From positions 1-34,558 of the forward strand of contig BTVJ01000078.1 of NCBI GenBank assembly GCA_045863395.1: DNA of 34,558 bases. Reading direction: 5' to 3'. Both the position numbers and the translations under genes were made by a program. The stretch's first letter is position 1. Every line of letters begins with the position of its first letter. Shown here piece by piece: positions 1 to 9,765 of this stretch. The notes beneath the pieces were generated by a model, which searched no databases, was not told the origin of the DNA, and saw only the letters and a list, made by a program, of their open reading frames with translations. Source of the stretch: Myxococcales bacterium. Lineage in GTDB: Bacteria > Myxococcota_A > UBA9042 > JABWCM01 > BTVJ01.

Positions 1-54
1 GCAGCCTGCACCACTATGCGCGACTCGGACAGACGGGGTACGGCGAGGACTTAC
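1..54 (-). mobile_element. Putative IS66-family element end; the element continues off the left edge of the window
   Basis: The minus strand from 54 reads GTAAGTCCTCGCCGTACCCCGTCT, resembling IS66 terminal inverted repeats (GTAAG start). It falls where the small ORF starting at 163 loses its tnpA-like resemblance. Confidence 0.4.
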
Positions 55-314
55 GTTCCTCCGGCATCGGCCCCAGCCTCTCCCGCTCCTGCCTCCACCT
101 CGCGATGCGCCAGCGCACCGCCTCCACCGCCCCCTCGCCTGTCCCTGCTCCGCTGTCGCCCATGTGCCGTCCTCCATGATGGTGGTCACGGCCTCCGATG
201 CTACGAGGGGGTTCGGCGCGGCGTCACGCATGCCCACCGAAAAGACACCCTCCTTTGCGCAGGGGCCGCCTCTCCCAACCGGACACCTGGAGGGGGGGGC
301 TGAACGACAACTAC
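55..314 (-). mobile_element. Putative IS66-family left end with a truncated tnpA-like accessory ORF (ATG at 163)
   Basis: The minus strand from 314 starts GTAGTTGTCGTTCAGCCCC (GTA-type end). A GGAGG RBS precedes the ATG at 163, which gives MGDSGAGTGEGAVEAVRWRIARWRQERERLGPMPEE, resembling the N-terminus of IS66 accessory proteins. Confidence 0.35.
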
Positions 315-365
315 GTCGCCTCACCGACGACAACCACATCGCCCCACTTGTGGCGTGAGAAGGTG

Positions 366-1595
366 CTACCGCAAGAAGCCGAACAGCCACAGCGGGACCC
401 GCCCGCCAGCGCCGGTCTCGATGTCGTCGACGGCAAGGACGGCGTGGTGATCGGCCGCAATCTGTCGTCGCGTCTTGCTCCGACCACCGACCTCGACGCG
501 GAGGTGACCATCGACGAGGAAGTCGCCCTGCCCTGGGGCGACGACGCGGTGCACAGGCAGCAAGGACTGGAGGAAGAAGGTCTCACGGACCGTCCCACGC
601 TCCGCGCGGTCCCCGGCAGCAGCGAAGAGCTGAACCGTGTCGCCGAGATAGATCCGGTCGGGCTTCTCCAAGCCGGCGAGCTTGCGGTCCGAGGGCATCA
701 GCAGCAGCAGGACGCCGGCCTCGGCGAGGTACTCGAGGTAGGTCTTGAGCGTCCGCTCGTCGCCGATACCCAGGATTCCCTTGAGCTTCCGCAGATCAGG
801 CGTGAAGGGGACGGACGCTGACAGAAACGACAGCAGCTTCTGCATCGCCCGCACCGACGCTCCTGACAGTTGGGGGTGGGCAGCCAGCAGATCGACGTCG
901 ATGGCGGTCCGCACCGTCTGCGCCACGGCTCGGTAGAACAGCTCCCGGTCCTGGAACTCACGATGGAAGGGATAGGCGCCTACCCGCACGAACTCGTCGA
1001 AGCAAGCCAGCACCTTCAGCCCCTTGGCGCCGAGGCCGTCGACGACAGCTCGCGCACGTGCGGCTGGGTCGGATGTCACGTCCTCCAGTGTCATCGGCTC
1101 CAGGGTGCACCCATGGCAGAGCTCGAGGTGCTCGCGAAACGAGAGCTCCGGGAGGCGATGCACCAGGAGCCTGCGCGAGAGGTCGCGTCCCGCAGCCTCG
1201 AGGCGGATGGCAGAGCTCCCGGACGCAACGAGCCGCAACGACGGGAACGAGTCATGGATGCTCTTGAGCTGGGCCGCCCAGTCGGGTGCGGTGTGTGTCT
1301 CGTCCACGCAGAGCAGCTCGCCCCCCCTCCCCACGAACCACTCGGCCACGTCGTACATGGAGACCCCGCGAAGCCGCACGTGGTCCATCGGCAGGTAGAG
1401 GGCCCCCGGCACGCCTCCCGCCCGTGCCGCCTGCTCGACGCAGAGCTGCACGAGGCACGTCGTCTTCCCCACTCCCCGCTTCCCGGTCACCAGGGTGAAC
1501 CGGCTGGCGGCGCGAAGCTCGGCCATGAACCGCCGGTGGTAGGGCCTCCAGAGCCCCCTCGTGAGGCTGTCGCTGAGTTCGACGATCTGTTCCAT
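366..1595 (-). CDS. AAA-family ATPase (AAA_14/DUF4143-type) with a C-terminal nuclease-like motif
   Basis: Walker A GKRGVGKTT, Walker B LCVDETH, SGSS motif, LSFREHL, GAYP and C-terminal DFLVDGHLRVEVGG. GGAGG RBS upstream. Confidence 0.85.
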   Translation of the reverse strand: MEQIVELSDSLTRGLWRPYHRRFMAELRAASRFTLVTGKRGVGKTTCLVQLCVEQAARAGGVPGALYLPMDHVRLRGVSMYDVAEWFVGRGGELLCVDETHTAPDWAAQLKSIHDSFPSLRLVASGSSAIRLEAAGRDLSRRLLVHRLPELSFREHLELCHGCTLEPMTLEDVTSDPAARARAVVDGLGAKGLKVLACFDEFVRVGAYPFHREFQDRELFYRAVAQTVRTAIDVDLLAAHPQLSGASVRAMQKLLSFLSASVPFTPDLRKLKGILGIGDERTLKTYLEYLAEAGVLLLLMPSDRKLAGLEKPDRIYLGDTVQLFAAAGDRAERGTVRETFFLQSLLPVHRVVAPGQGDFLVDGHLRVEVGGRSKTRRQIAADHHAVLAVDDIETGAGGRVPLWLFGFLR

Positions 1596-1764
1596 GAGCG
1601 CCTCCCGTTAGGATCGCGCTCCCAACATAAGGCCCCCATGTGCGGAGTTCAATACGAACGCTCCGGTGGACTCGTGGTTCGTGGCTCAGTTCGAGACCCC
1701 GACGGTCCGAAGGTGGCGCCAGCGCGTCCACCCCGCGGGGGGCGAGGGAGCTGGGACCCGCGTC

Positions 1765-2808
1765 CTACGGCTTCGGAGGGTCGAGCTCCGCGGCTTTGAG
1801 GAGCTCGGGCGCCCACGCCCGCGGCTTCTTCGTGATCCAGGCCAGGTCCAGCTTCTCCACGATGGCACGGGCGATCTCGACTCGTTCCTGCCCCGTCAGC
1901 CCCTCGAGAAGCCCCACAGCCTGCTCTGCCTCGTTGCGGGTGAGGCGCTCGATGCGCGCCCGCAACATCTGGCGCTCCAGGTCGGACCTCGCGGGTGGTT
2001 CCGGCGAGCCTGGAACGGTGATGCGCTGCGGCAAGCGCAGCCGCCCGTACCCCGCGTTGGTCTTCGCTCCAGCGCCCAGGTGCTCGAAGCCGAGCCGGAG
2101 GAGCTCCAAGGCGGCCTCGCGCCATCCCTCGTCCTCCGCTTCCAGCACGATGAGGTACGCTCCGCTCACAGAGGCGAAGGGGATTGGGGTGGGGCTGTCC
2201 GTGTCCGACGGGGCAGGGGGCGCGGAGGCGCTCTCGTAGTACCGCTTGTGGTGGACCGTCATCACGTCAAGGTGGATGGGCACCTTGCCCTTCGGGACCC
2301 ACCACGCGTCGTGGAAGGCGACCGCCCCCTCCTCGTCGTTGGTGCCGAAGAGGGCGTCGTAGGCCGTCTTGGGGGTCCGCGGTGAATCGCTGAGGTTCTT
2401 GCGCCACGCATCATCGTCCGCCAGCAGGTGGGCGGCCGCCGCTGCGATGCCCTTGAGCGCCGAGCCGGGGACGATCGGGACTCCCCAGGTGTGGTCGAGG
2501 CGGAGCCCCGCCTCGAGCGCACCCTTGGCGCCAAGACCCACGACCATCCGACCCAGGACCTCCGCCTCGACCACGAGCGCTCGCGGACAGTTTCTCCAGA
2601 GCGCCCTCCAGCGCTCGAAGGAAGACTTGTAGCCGTCGGGAGCGGTGCGCTCCTGTACTTTCTTGATGTGCTGAGCCTTGACGCCTTCGTCACCCTGACC
2701 CGACGCGTCGTCGTCCTTCACCGCTGGCAGGAACTTGTCCAGCCAGAGACCGGAGTGGGTCGTCGTTTGAAAGGACGTGCCCCTCAAGCAGCTCCGGAGC
2801 GCGTCCAT
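1765..2808 (-). CDS. cmr6: Type III-B RAMP protein Cmr6
   Basis: GRMVVGLG, WGVPIVPGSALKG, FHDAW, DVMTVHH..YY, PTPIPF and G-loop GAGAKTNAGYG. Last gene of the cmr operon; the ATG overlaps the cmr5 stop. Confidence 0.95.
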   Translation of the reverse strand: MDALRSCLRGTSFQTTTHSGLWLDKFLPAVKDDDASGQGDEGVKAQHIKKVQERTAPDGYKSSFERWRALWRNCPRALVVEAEVLGRMVVGLGAKGALEAGLRLDHTWGVPIVPGSALKGIAAAAAHLLADDDAWRKNLSDSPRTPKTAYDALFGTNDEEGAVAFHDAWWVPKGKVPIHLDVMTVHHKRYYESASAPPAPSDTDSPTPIPFASVSGAYLIVLEAEDEGWREAALELLRLGFEHLGAGAKTNAGYGRLRLPQRITVPGSPEPPARSDLERQMLRARIERLTRNEAEQAVGLLEGLTGQERVEIARAIVEKLDLAWITKKPRAWAPELLKAAELDPPKP

Positions 2809-3158
2809 CAGGCCTCCTCGTCGCCCAGCTCAATCTGCGCAAACCGACGGAACCAGACCGCGACGTCGATCAGGTCCCGCGACAGGGCGAGGTAATCCGC
2901 CAGCTCTGCGTCCTGAGCGCGCTTGAGGAGCGCGTCTTCGCCGGCCGCACCGTAGGTCTTGGCGAGGTCCCCCACGAAGCCCTTGCCCACGTCTCCACCG
3001 CGAGCGAGCACGAACACCAGCGCCTGCACGAGCCCTCCCTGCTGGATGATCGACGGCATCTTCCGGCAGAAGGTGTTGTACTTGGCCTTGGCGCCGTCCT
3101 CCTTCTTCGCGAGCACGTACTTGTGCGCTTCGACGGACCACTTCTGCTGCCTCGTCAT
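2808..3158 (-). CDS. cmr5: Type III-B small subunit Cmr5 (Cas11)
   Basis: About 116 aa and helical, with KMPSIIQQGGLVQALVF and WFRRFAQ. Lies between cmr4 and cmr6; the ATG at 3158 overlaps the cmr4 stop. Confidence 0.92.
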   Translation of the reverse strand: MTRQQKWSVEAHKYVLAKKEDGAKAKYNTFCRKMPSIIQQGGLVQALVFVLARGGDVGKGFVGDLAKTYGAAGEDALLKRAQDAELADYLALSRDLIDVAVWFRRFAQIELGDEEA

Positions 3159-4039
3159 GCCGCACCTCCCGAGAGGACCAAGCGGCACCGCCCGCGTCCG
3201 ACCGTGGACTTTCCGCCGAGCTGGACGCTGCTCTCCAGGAGCGGGCGCAGCGCGTCGAGGAGCCGCGGCCCGTCAAGACCCTTGGAGCCAGCGTTGGGTC
3301 GCGCTGCCACGAGCGCCACGAGGACCGTCTCCACGGGGAGGCTCTCCTCCGTCCAGAGCTGGCCCTTCTTCACGGTCTTCTTGGCGGGATCAAGCGCCAC
3401 CCGCGTGACGACGTCGGTGCCGTGACGCCCGAGGAAGGTCATCACGTCGTCCGCCACGATGCACAGGCGCTGAACGAGCTGCTTCTGCCACTCCGGGTCA
3501 TTGGGGAACAGCGCGCCCCCGAGGTGCTTCGCCCAGGCATCGGCGGTGACCGTGGACGCGGCGTCGGGCGTGAAGTCGAGGTCCTCGAAGATGACCTTGG
3601 CGCCGACCTTCAGCGCGCTGGTCGCGGTGATGGCACAGCCCCCCAGAGCGCCGTTTGCCGGAACGGCCGGAACATCCGTCACGCCGGCCTCGCGGGCGTC
3701 CCGCGCATACCTGGAGAGCAGGAACGGCGACGTCGCCCAGGAGAAGGTGCCCGCGACGGACCGTACCGGAAGGAGCAGCAGGTTCGCATCACCGAAGGCG
3801 AGCGCGCCTGCATGGTCCGAGGCGTTCTCCGTGGGGGGGCCGAACAGGGCCTGCGTGTGCTCGCGGTGCTGGCCGCTGTCGCACACGTCCCGCAGCGCCC
3901 CCTTGAGCGAGCTGCCCGGCAGGTACGGGTGATCGGTGGCCCGATCCCGCGCGATGGCGAGATCGACGGCCCCGATGGACTGGCCCGTACCCGCGTGGAG
4001 CGGGGAGAGGGCGTGGACGAAGAGGAGTCGGGTGTGCAT
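3155..4039 (-). CDS. cmr4: Type III-B backbone RNase Cmr4 (Cas7)
   Basis: SPLHAGTGQSIGAVDLAIARD (catalytic Asp present), PYLPGSSLKGALR, LLLPVRS, LWTEESLP and QLGGKSTVGRG. ATG at 4039 follows GGAGG. Confidence 0.96.
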   Translation of the reverse strand: MHTRLLFVHALSPLHAGTGQSIGAVDLAIARDRATDHPYLPGSSLKGALRDVCDSGQHREHTQALFGPPTENASDHAGALAFGDANLLLLPVRSVAGTFSWATSPFLLSRYARDAREAGVTDVPAVPANGALGGCAITATSALKVGAKVIFEDLDFTPDAASTVTADAWAKHLGGALFPNDPEWQKQLVQRLCIVADDVMTFLGRHGTDVVTRVALDPAKKTVKKGQLWTEESLPVETVLVALVAARPNAGSKGLDGPRLLDALRPLLESSVQLGGKSTVGRGRCRLVLSGGAA

Positions 4040-4064
4040 CTTCAAACCTCCGCGCTAGTTTCCT

Positions 4065-5342
4065 TCAGCTGGCAGAATCGACGAGCGCAAACTGCGCCTT
4101 CTGGAGAGCAGCAGTGAGCTTGCTCCGCGCTGCCGACCAGGGACCGAGGCTGAGCGTCCAATCGCCGTGGTCCTTCACCACCACAGTCCCACGGATTCTC
4201 GACTCAGATACAAGCACAAGGGGAGTGTAGCCTCCGTCCAGCGCAGCAACGCATAGCATCACTGGGCTTGCGTATCGCTCCACCCTTGTCGGATCCTGAC
4301 GAAGGACGATCTCTACCTTTGCGGGATCCGACTGGATGAGTTTGCCCCTCACTGAATGACGTGCTCCCTTCGAGTCGTCCTTGAACTTGAGCGTGATCGG
4401 GAGTCCCAGATGTGCTCGCGGTGCAGTGCGGGTCGTTCCCTTGGGCGGCGCGTGTGTAGTACCGTCTTCCCACCGCGCAAACATCCCGGACAAAAGACGG
4501 ACAGCGTCAGCCTCGCTCCACCTCGAGCGGCCCCAACCGTTCGGGCCCCTCCAGCTTGTCGGATGTGGCCGATCCTGGCGAAACTCCCTCCACATCTCCA
4601 GTAACTCAGCCTGAGCATCCTGTCCCCGCTTGTGTACTTTGCTGCCCAAGTACACCATTGCACCTGCAAGAGAGAACCAGTCGGGCGTTTGTTGCGCCAC
4701 CTTGGCCAAACCCGCCCACCAGGATTTGAACGCGCTTCTCGTTGTCGGAGGCTGTAGGCCCCGGCCCTCCCTCCAGACCAGAGCTCCCGCGGCCCTCCTG
4801 GTACGGGCGCCAGCGCCGCCGAAGACACAGAAGGCGGAAAACGCAGTCAAGACCTCGTCCCATTGGGCCCCGGTCAGGCCAGGGTGCTGGCTCGATATCG
4901 TGACGGTCGCGCCCACTCCAGCGTCACTTGGGTTGAATAGCTTTACAGACTCCTGTCCGAGGTCGCTTGCAGGAAAATAGGCCAAGTTCAGCGCCGTGCC
5001 GGGGCCCGGCGGATCGATCTCTTCCCCCGCGGTGGTGCAGCAGTCAACTCTAACAACGACGGCCCCAGGGCCATGTCGTCCATCACTCGCGGCAGACCCA
5101 AAGATTACGTCTTCCGCATCCCGCATGCTCTTACAATCACGGAAGGTGTGGCCGTAGACTGCCCGCCACCAGAAGCGGAGCGCCCCTCGCACTGAAGCAG
5201 GACGCAGCCAGGACTCTCTGTCTACACGACGCGCGACGGCGCTTCCACCGAATAACGGCGTTACCAGGCCCACCACCGCCTTGGCCTCTCGCACCCCCGC
5301 CCGCAACTTCACCTCCGGAACCTTCATCGTCTCTCGTCTCAT
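4065..5342 (-). CDS. cmr1: Type III-B RAMP protein Cmr1
   Basis: VTPLFGG, RPASVRGALRFWWRA, EDVIFGS, FGGAGARTRR, PRAHLGLPI and RYASP. The ATG at 5342 is coupled to the cmr3 stop (TGATG). Confidence 0.92.
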   Translation of the reverse strand: MRRETMKVPEVKLRAGVREAKAVVGLVTPLFGGSAVARRVDRESWLRPASVRGALRFWWRAVYGHTFRDCKSMRDAEDVIFGSAASDGRHGPGAVVVRVDCCTTAGEEIDPPGPGTALNLAYFPASDLGQESVKLFNPSDAGVGATVTISSQHPGLTGAQWDEVLTAFSAFCVFGGAGARTRRAAGALVWREGRGLQPPTTRSAFKSWWAGLAKVAQQTPDWFSLAGAMVYLGSKVHKRGQDAQAELLEMWREFRQDRPHPTSWRGPNGWGRSRWSEADAVRLLSGMFARWEDGTTHAPPKGTTRTAPRAHLGLPITLKFKDDSKGARHSVRGKLIQSDPAKVEIVLRQDPTRVERYASPVMLCVAALDGGYTPLVLVSESRIRGTVVVKDHGDWTLSLGPWSAARSKLTAALQKAQFALVDSAS

Positions 5343-6466
5343 CACGCCACTCCCACGGCACAGAGTCCAAACCCGTCGCGCCGGTCCTGCTCGTCGTCGC
5401 AGATGCTGCGCAGCCATCGCTCCGCCGCCCACGTCGAGACGTCGGTGCCCTCAGGCAGCTCCACCCAGTAGACGCTACCGGCAGGGGCCATGCGGCGCAC
5501 CGGCTTCGGGCCCGGCTTGCGGCCAGCCTCGGTCTCGAAGCTCCAGCCCGAGATGACCTGCGGGCGGCCGACCGCCGCAGCAACGATGCGTCCGCCGCCA
5601 AGGTCTCCTGGGCACCACCCATCGGCGAAGATGCCTGGGGTCAGCAGCACGAGGCGCACGGTGCGCGGGGCCCCGAACCTGACTGTCATCGACGGCCACC
5701 AGCGGGGCTCTCCGGCCGCCAGCCTGCTCAGCCGCTGCTCCCCTCCGAGGGTCACGGTGCCGTTCTTCGCGCACTTTGCACGCAGCGGCTCCGCCCACGG
5801 CGACTCGCAGCGAAACAGCAGCCCGAGGCGCTCGTTTCGTCCACCGAACCGCAGCCCCTCCGTCGAGAAGAGCATCCCCTCTGCGGCGGTCCCGGTCGTC
5901 GGGTCGATGCTGACGTGCGTCCTCTGCTCGACGGTCAAGGCTTCTCGACCAACCTTGCTCCGCTCCAGGACCTCCCTGCCCGATGGAGGCTCACGCAGCC
6001 AGACCTCGAGGTCACTCCAGGACCACAGGGCAGGGGCTGGCGCAGCCTTGCTCTTGGGCATCCCGCCGTCGACGGCGCGAAGGAGCCGCAGATCGGACGC
6101 GCCGGAGAGGTCCGTGCGGAAGTCTGCGCCAAGGTCGTCCGGGACGAGGCGCCTGCGCTCGACCAGGGATCCCCCTACACCGTCAGCCGGCCAGTTCCAG
6201 AGGCAGTCTGCCGGCGGCGGAACGAAGACCTCCCCGTCGTCAAGGCGGTAGAGCAGGGGGCCCCGCACAACAATCTCCTTGGCCTGAGCCACCGTCAGAC
6301 CGAAGCGACCTGTGTCATCGAGGCCAAGATGTGTGCGGACGCAGCCGGCCACGCTCGACGGCCAGGGAAATGGGAGCGTGCGCATGGGCTCTCCCTCCAG
6401 AGAGGGTCGACCATCGCGCAAGACCAGGGTGTCGCGCGGCTCGATGGTGAAGACGCCCTCGGTCAT
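5342..6466 (-). CDS. cmr3: Type III-B Cas5-like subunit Cmr3
   Basis: IEPRDTLVLRDGRP, PWPSSVAG, LGGEQR, LLTPGIF, ISGW, PAGSVYW and C-terminal GFGL. Confidence 0.95.
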   Translation of the reverse strand: MTEGVFTIEPRDTLVLRDGRPSLEGEPMRTLPFPWPSSVAGCVRTHLGLDDTGRFGLTVAQAKEIVVRGPLLYRLDDGEVFVPPPADCLWNWPADGVGGSLVERRRLVPDDLGADFRTDLSGASDLRLLRAVDGGMPKSKAAPAPALWSWSDLEVWLREPPSGREVLERSKVGREALTVEQRTHVSIDPTTGTAAEGMLFSTEGLRFGGRNERLGLLFRCESPWAEPLRAKCAKNGTVTLGGEQRLSRLAAGEPRWWPSMTVRFGAPRTVRLVLLTPGIFADGWCPGDLGGGRIVAAAVGRPQVISGWSFETEAGRKPGPKPVRRMAPAGSVYWVELPEGTDVSTWAAERWLRSICDDEQDRRDGFGLCAVGVA

Positions 6467-8565
6467 GGTGCGACCTCCGCTGTCTTGGGCCCACCGCCCC
6501 AGGCAATGTCCCAGGCGCGGAGGAACTCTCGCGCGAGCTGCAGCTCCTCGCCAAGGCCCGTCAACGCCTCCTTGGTTCGCTTCGCAATGTCGTGACGCCC
6601 GAGTTCTCCCGCTGCCGCGCTCCCGCCTGTGCCGGGAGCGCCGGTCAACGCACGGTCTATCACGGTATCGAGGTCCTTGAGTCTGGCCTCCAGGCGCTCT
6701 CTGGGCTCCCTGGCGAGGTCGCGCTCCCCGCGATGGCCGCGGCGACGACCCAGCGCCCCGCGGGCCAGGGCAACCATCGCCCGCGCCACCTGGGCCGACT
6801 CCTGCAGGCTCTGCGGGCTCTCACCCGCAGCGCGCGCGGCGACTGGCTCGAAAGTGCGAAGCGCCTCCTCGAACTCGAACGCCACCCGATCAGGGAGCTC
6901 CTCCGCCCGGAGGAGCAGCGCCCAATCCTCGAGCCGCCTGTCCAGGGCCTGGTCGTCGTCTCGCCAGGCTCCGCAGACGGTCAACGTGCCGCCGCTCCGC
7001 TTGTCCATCACGATGGCCAGGCTGTTGCGGCCCCCCTCCTTGGCCAGCGTCTCCGCGCGCTTCGCGAGCTTCCTGGCGTCGGACATGAGACTCAGGTGGT
7101 GCGCGATGCCGAGGCCGACGGACAGAGTCGGACGGTCGGCCTCCTCCTCGGACCACGCTGGAGACGTCCGCAGCTTCCGCGCAAAATCGTCGCGCAGCGC
7201 GCGGGCGCACTGGAGGGCCGTGTGCAGCGGCAGGAGCGCCAGCACGTCATCGCCACCCGAGTAGATCAGGCTCCCGGCGTGCCGCTCGACGATTCCGGCG
7301 CATGCGCTTGCGAATGCCTCGAGCTGCCTGCTGACCGCCCGGTGCTCGTCGGGAGTCTCGAGGCGGTCGAGTGCCGCCCCCATGCGATCCCCGTCCGCCA
7401 GGAGGAAGGCGTAATAGGCGGGTGGCTCGGACAGATCGAGCCGCCGCAGCAACCTCCTGAGCTCCTGGGATGCCTCTTGGGCACGACGCTTCAGCGCCCT
7501 CCGTCTCTCCTCCCCTGCACCGAGATCGGTGCATGCCTCGTCGAGGATCGCGGAGAGCTGGCCCTCGTAGAGGAGGCTCCCGTCGTAGCCCGGACCGTTC
7601 GGGCGCTGTCCGAGGACACGCGGGACCCTGATCGCCGCGCCATCTCCCAGAGGGCTCACGAGCGGGGCCTGCTTGTGGGTCTGACCGGGCCGGATGCGAT
7701 ATCGCTCCAGGTGGACGGATGCGCTTCTAGCGAGCCATCGCAGGTAGACCTCGACGTCGTCGTCGGCCTTCAGGCGCGCGATCCGTGCGAAGAGGGGCGC
7801 GGCCGCCACATGCGACGTGGAGTGGAAGACCGGCGGGCCGCTTGCGCGCCCCGGAGGCTTGGAAGCTCCCTCCCACTCCTCGTTCTCGACCGAGGCCAGC
7901 TCACACCCGATCCGCTTGAGCAGCCCAACACCGCACAGCCGCTCCTGCTGACCGACGAAGTATCTCCTGCGCCGCTCCTCTGGCTTCGCTCGCAGGGCGT
8001 GGTACATCGCCTCGTCGATCACCGACTCCCGCGCCCCGTCGAGAGAGGACTTGGGCACCCCGGGGCCCTGCGTCCAGGTGGGCTGACCCCACAGCTTGGA
8101 GAGCTTGCGGCGCGCGAGCAGCGCTTCGGCTGCTTCGCGTGCGCTCTTGTAGCCGCCAGGAGCCACTGGCACCGACACCCACATCCACTCGACGAGGTCC
8201 TTGAGCTGCTCCGTCGCAGTGGACCGGTGAAACCAACCATCGGGATCGTCGATGCGACCGAAGGCAGCCTCCGCATGCTCTGACAGGCGCCTGTCGACCG
8301 CGGATCGGGCCCTGGCCACGGCGTCGGAGATGCTCCGCCGAGGAACTCGCGCGAGGATCTTGTTCGCCACGGCCTTGTCGGGATCGATGTCCGCAGGGAA
8401 GACCAGCAGGTCCTCGGCGTCGGTCGCCAGCACCGCCTTGGCGGCCTCGCGAGACAAGTCGCTCAAGAGGAATGAGCCGAACCAGAGGTCCTGGCATCGC
8501 CGGGCCGTGGCAATGAAGTCCTGAACCGGACCCAGGCTGATCAGCAGCAGGTCATGCTCACTCAC
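6463..8565 (-). CDS. cas10: Cas10/Cmr2 large subunit, no HD domain, intact cyclase (Palm) motif
   Basis: Begins directly with LISLGPVQDFIATARRCQDLWFGSFLLS. Contains YYAFLLADGDRMG and IYSGGDDVLAL (GGDD at about 7246-7257). GTG at 8565 follows AGGAG. Confidence 0.96.
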   Translation of the reverse strand: MSEHDLLLISLGPVQDFIATARRCQDLWFGSFLLSDLSREAAKAVLATDAEDLLVFPADIDPDKAVANKILARVPRRSISDAVARARSAVDRRLSEHAEAAFGRIDDPDGWFHRSTATEQLKDLVEWMWVSVPVAPGGYKSAREAAEALLARRKLSKLWGQPTWTQGPGVPKSSLDGARESVIDEAMYHALRAKPEERRRRYFVGQQERLCGVGLLKRIGCELASVENEEWEGASKPPGRASGPPVFHSTSHVAAAPLFARIARLKADDDVEVYLRWLARSASVHLERYRIRPGQTHKQAPLVSPLGDGAAIRVPRVLGQRPNGPGYDGSLLYEGQLSAILDEACTDLGAGEERRRALKRRAQEASQELRRLLRRLDLSEPPAYYAFLLADGDRMGAALDRLETPDEHRAVSRQLEAFASACAGIVERHAGSLIYSGGDDVLALLPLHTALQCARALRDDFARKLRTSPAWSEEEADRPTLSVGLGIAHHLSLMSDARKLAKRAETLAKEGGRNSLAIVMDKRSGGTLTVCGAWRDDDQALDRRLEDWALLLRAEELPDRVAFEFEEALRTFEPVAARAAGESPQSLQESAQVARAMVALARGALGRRRGHRGERDLAREPRERLEARLKDLDTVIDRALTGAPGTGGSAAAGELGRHDIAKRTKEALTGLGEELQLAREFLRAWDIAWGGGPKTAEVAP

Positions 8566-8825
8566 GGTCGCTGCTCCTGGTTTGTACCACCCACTGCTTG
8601 GGTCTACCGGCGAACCACTGACGCTCAATTCCCTTCAAGGCGCTACGTTCCAGCCACTTGGCCATGTGCGTCTCCCCTACGGGGCACACCGCTCCCGACG
8701 GGCAACTTGTCCCCGGGGCGCTCCCCGCACGATCTCCCCTGAGCAGAACGTCCACGGAGAAGCTTCTGACGAAGGGGACTCCCCGAAGCCGGCCCCGCGA
8801 GAGAAGCACGACGGCTCCGGGTCTG

Positions 8826-9734
8826 TCAACCCAACTTCGCTCGCCCCGCCATCTCGACCCCCACCCGCCCGAGCCCGAATGACGTCTGCTTGCCCAGGTG
8901 GACCTGCTCCGCCGCTCGCAGCCACGGCGCGAAGGGCCCCACCGCTCCCTCGAACGTGGCCGTGCCGCCGAGGCCCTGCATGGGGTGGCGCTCATCGCGT
9001 GTGGTCGCCCGCCGTTCCCATCCGTGCGTAGCAAAGTCCGTGGCCACGAGCCGGACCTCCGCGGCGATCCGGCGCAGCTCCTGGAATCTGGCCTCGTCCT
9101 CCTCCCCGATCTGGCCGTAGAGCGCCGCCAGGGTCGCCAGACGGCGGTGAATCAGGGAGAACAGCCCGACGAACGTGGGGCACGTGACCGGCTCCTTGCG
9201 GACCTCCCACGCAAGCGGCGTGCGGCACCGCACGACGACAGTCCCGTCTCCCTCCGCCCCTCTCCCCAGGTCGAGGGCCCGCTCCCGGGCGCCCAGCCTT
9301 CGGACGCCCTGCAGCTCCACGCGCCCCTCGTCCGAGCCCAGGGGGAAGCGCTCGATGCCCTCCAGCATGGCGAGGAGGCGGCTCGCGTCCTCGTCGAGTG
9401 ACCCGAACACCTGCAAGCCCAGGAAGAGGCTGTGGCCCACTCCCAATTGCCGCTGTCCCGGCGTCGGGATGACGGGCACCCAGCGAGCCGGCGGCGTGCG
9501 CTGACCCACGAGCAAGGGGTGCGGCGCCGCCTCCAGGGCGGGCTCGAAGAGGCGCTGATACGCACACGCGCCAGGCTCTCCGCAGTCTCGCTCGCACCGG
9601 GGCGTCCGTGCGCAGGCCAGGGCGTGGAGACTCCTGCCGAGCACTCCGCGGAAGAGGCTGCCGGAGTGCTCCGGCAGAGCGAAGGGGCGCGTCACCCGGT
9701 AGGTGGCGCGCAGCGACGTGACCTTGAGCTCCAT
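8826..9734 (-). CDS. cas6: Cas6 crRNA-processing endoribonuclease (copy 1, Cys-cluster type)
   Basis: GSLFRGVLG, C..C..C..CAY cluster and C-terminal HLGKQTSFGLG G-loop. ATG at 9734 follows GAGGAG. Confidence 0.92.
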   Translation of the reverse strand: MELKVTSLRATYRVTRPFALPEHSGSLFRGVLGRSLHALACARTPRCERDCGEPGACAYQRLFEPALEAAPHPLLVGQRTPPARWVPVIPTPGQRQLGVGHSLFLGLQVFGSLDEDASRLLAMLEGIERFPLGSDEGRVELQGVRRLGARERALDLGRGAEGDGTVVVRCRTPLAWEVRKEPVTCPTFVGLFSLIHRRLATLAALYGQIGEEDEARFQELRRIAAEVRLVATDFATHGWERRATTRDERHPMQGLGGTATFEGAVGPFAPWLRAAEQVHLGKQTSFGLGRVGVEMAGRAKLG

Positions 9735-9765
9735 GTACCGCTCCTCACCGCTTCGTCCCCGTACT

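Noticed and set aside
8620..8690. Weak resemblance to the repeat 3' end (CTCAATTCCCT) upstream of cas10, possible regulatory mini-array
   Set aside because: Only about 12 of 18 bases match and there is no convincing second repeat.
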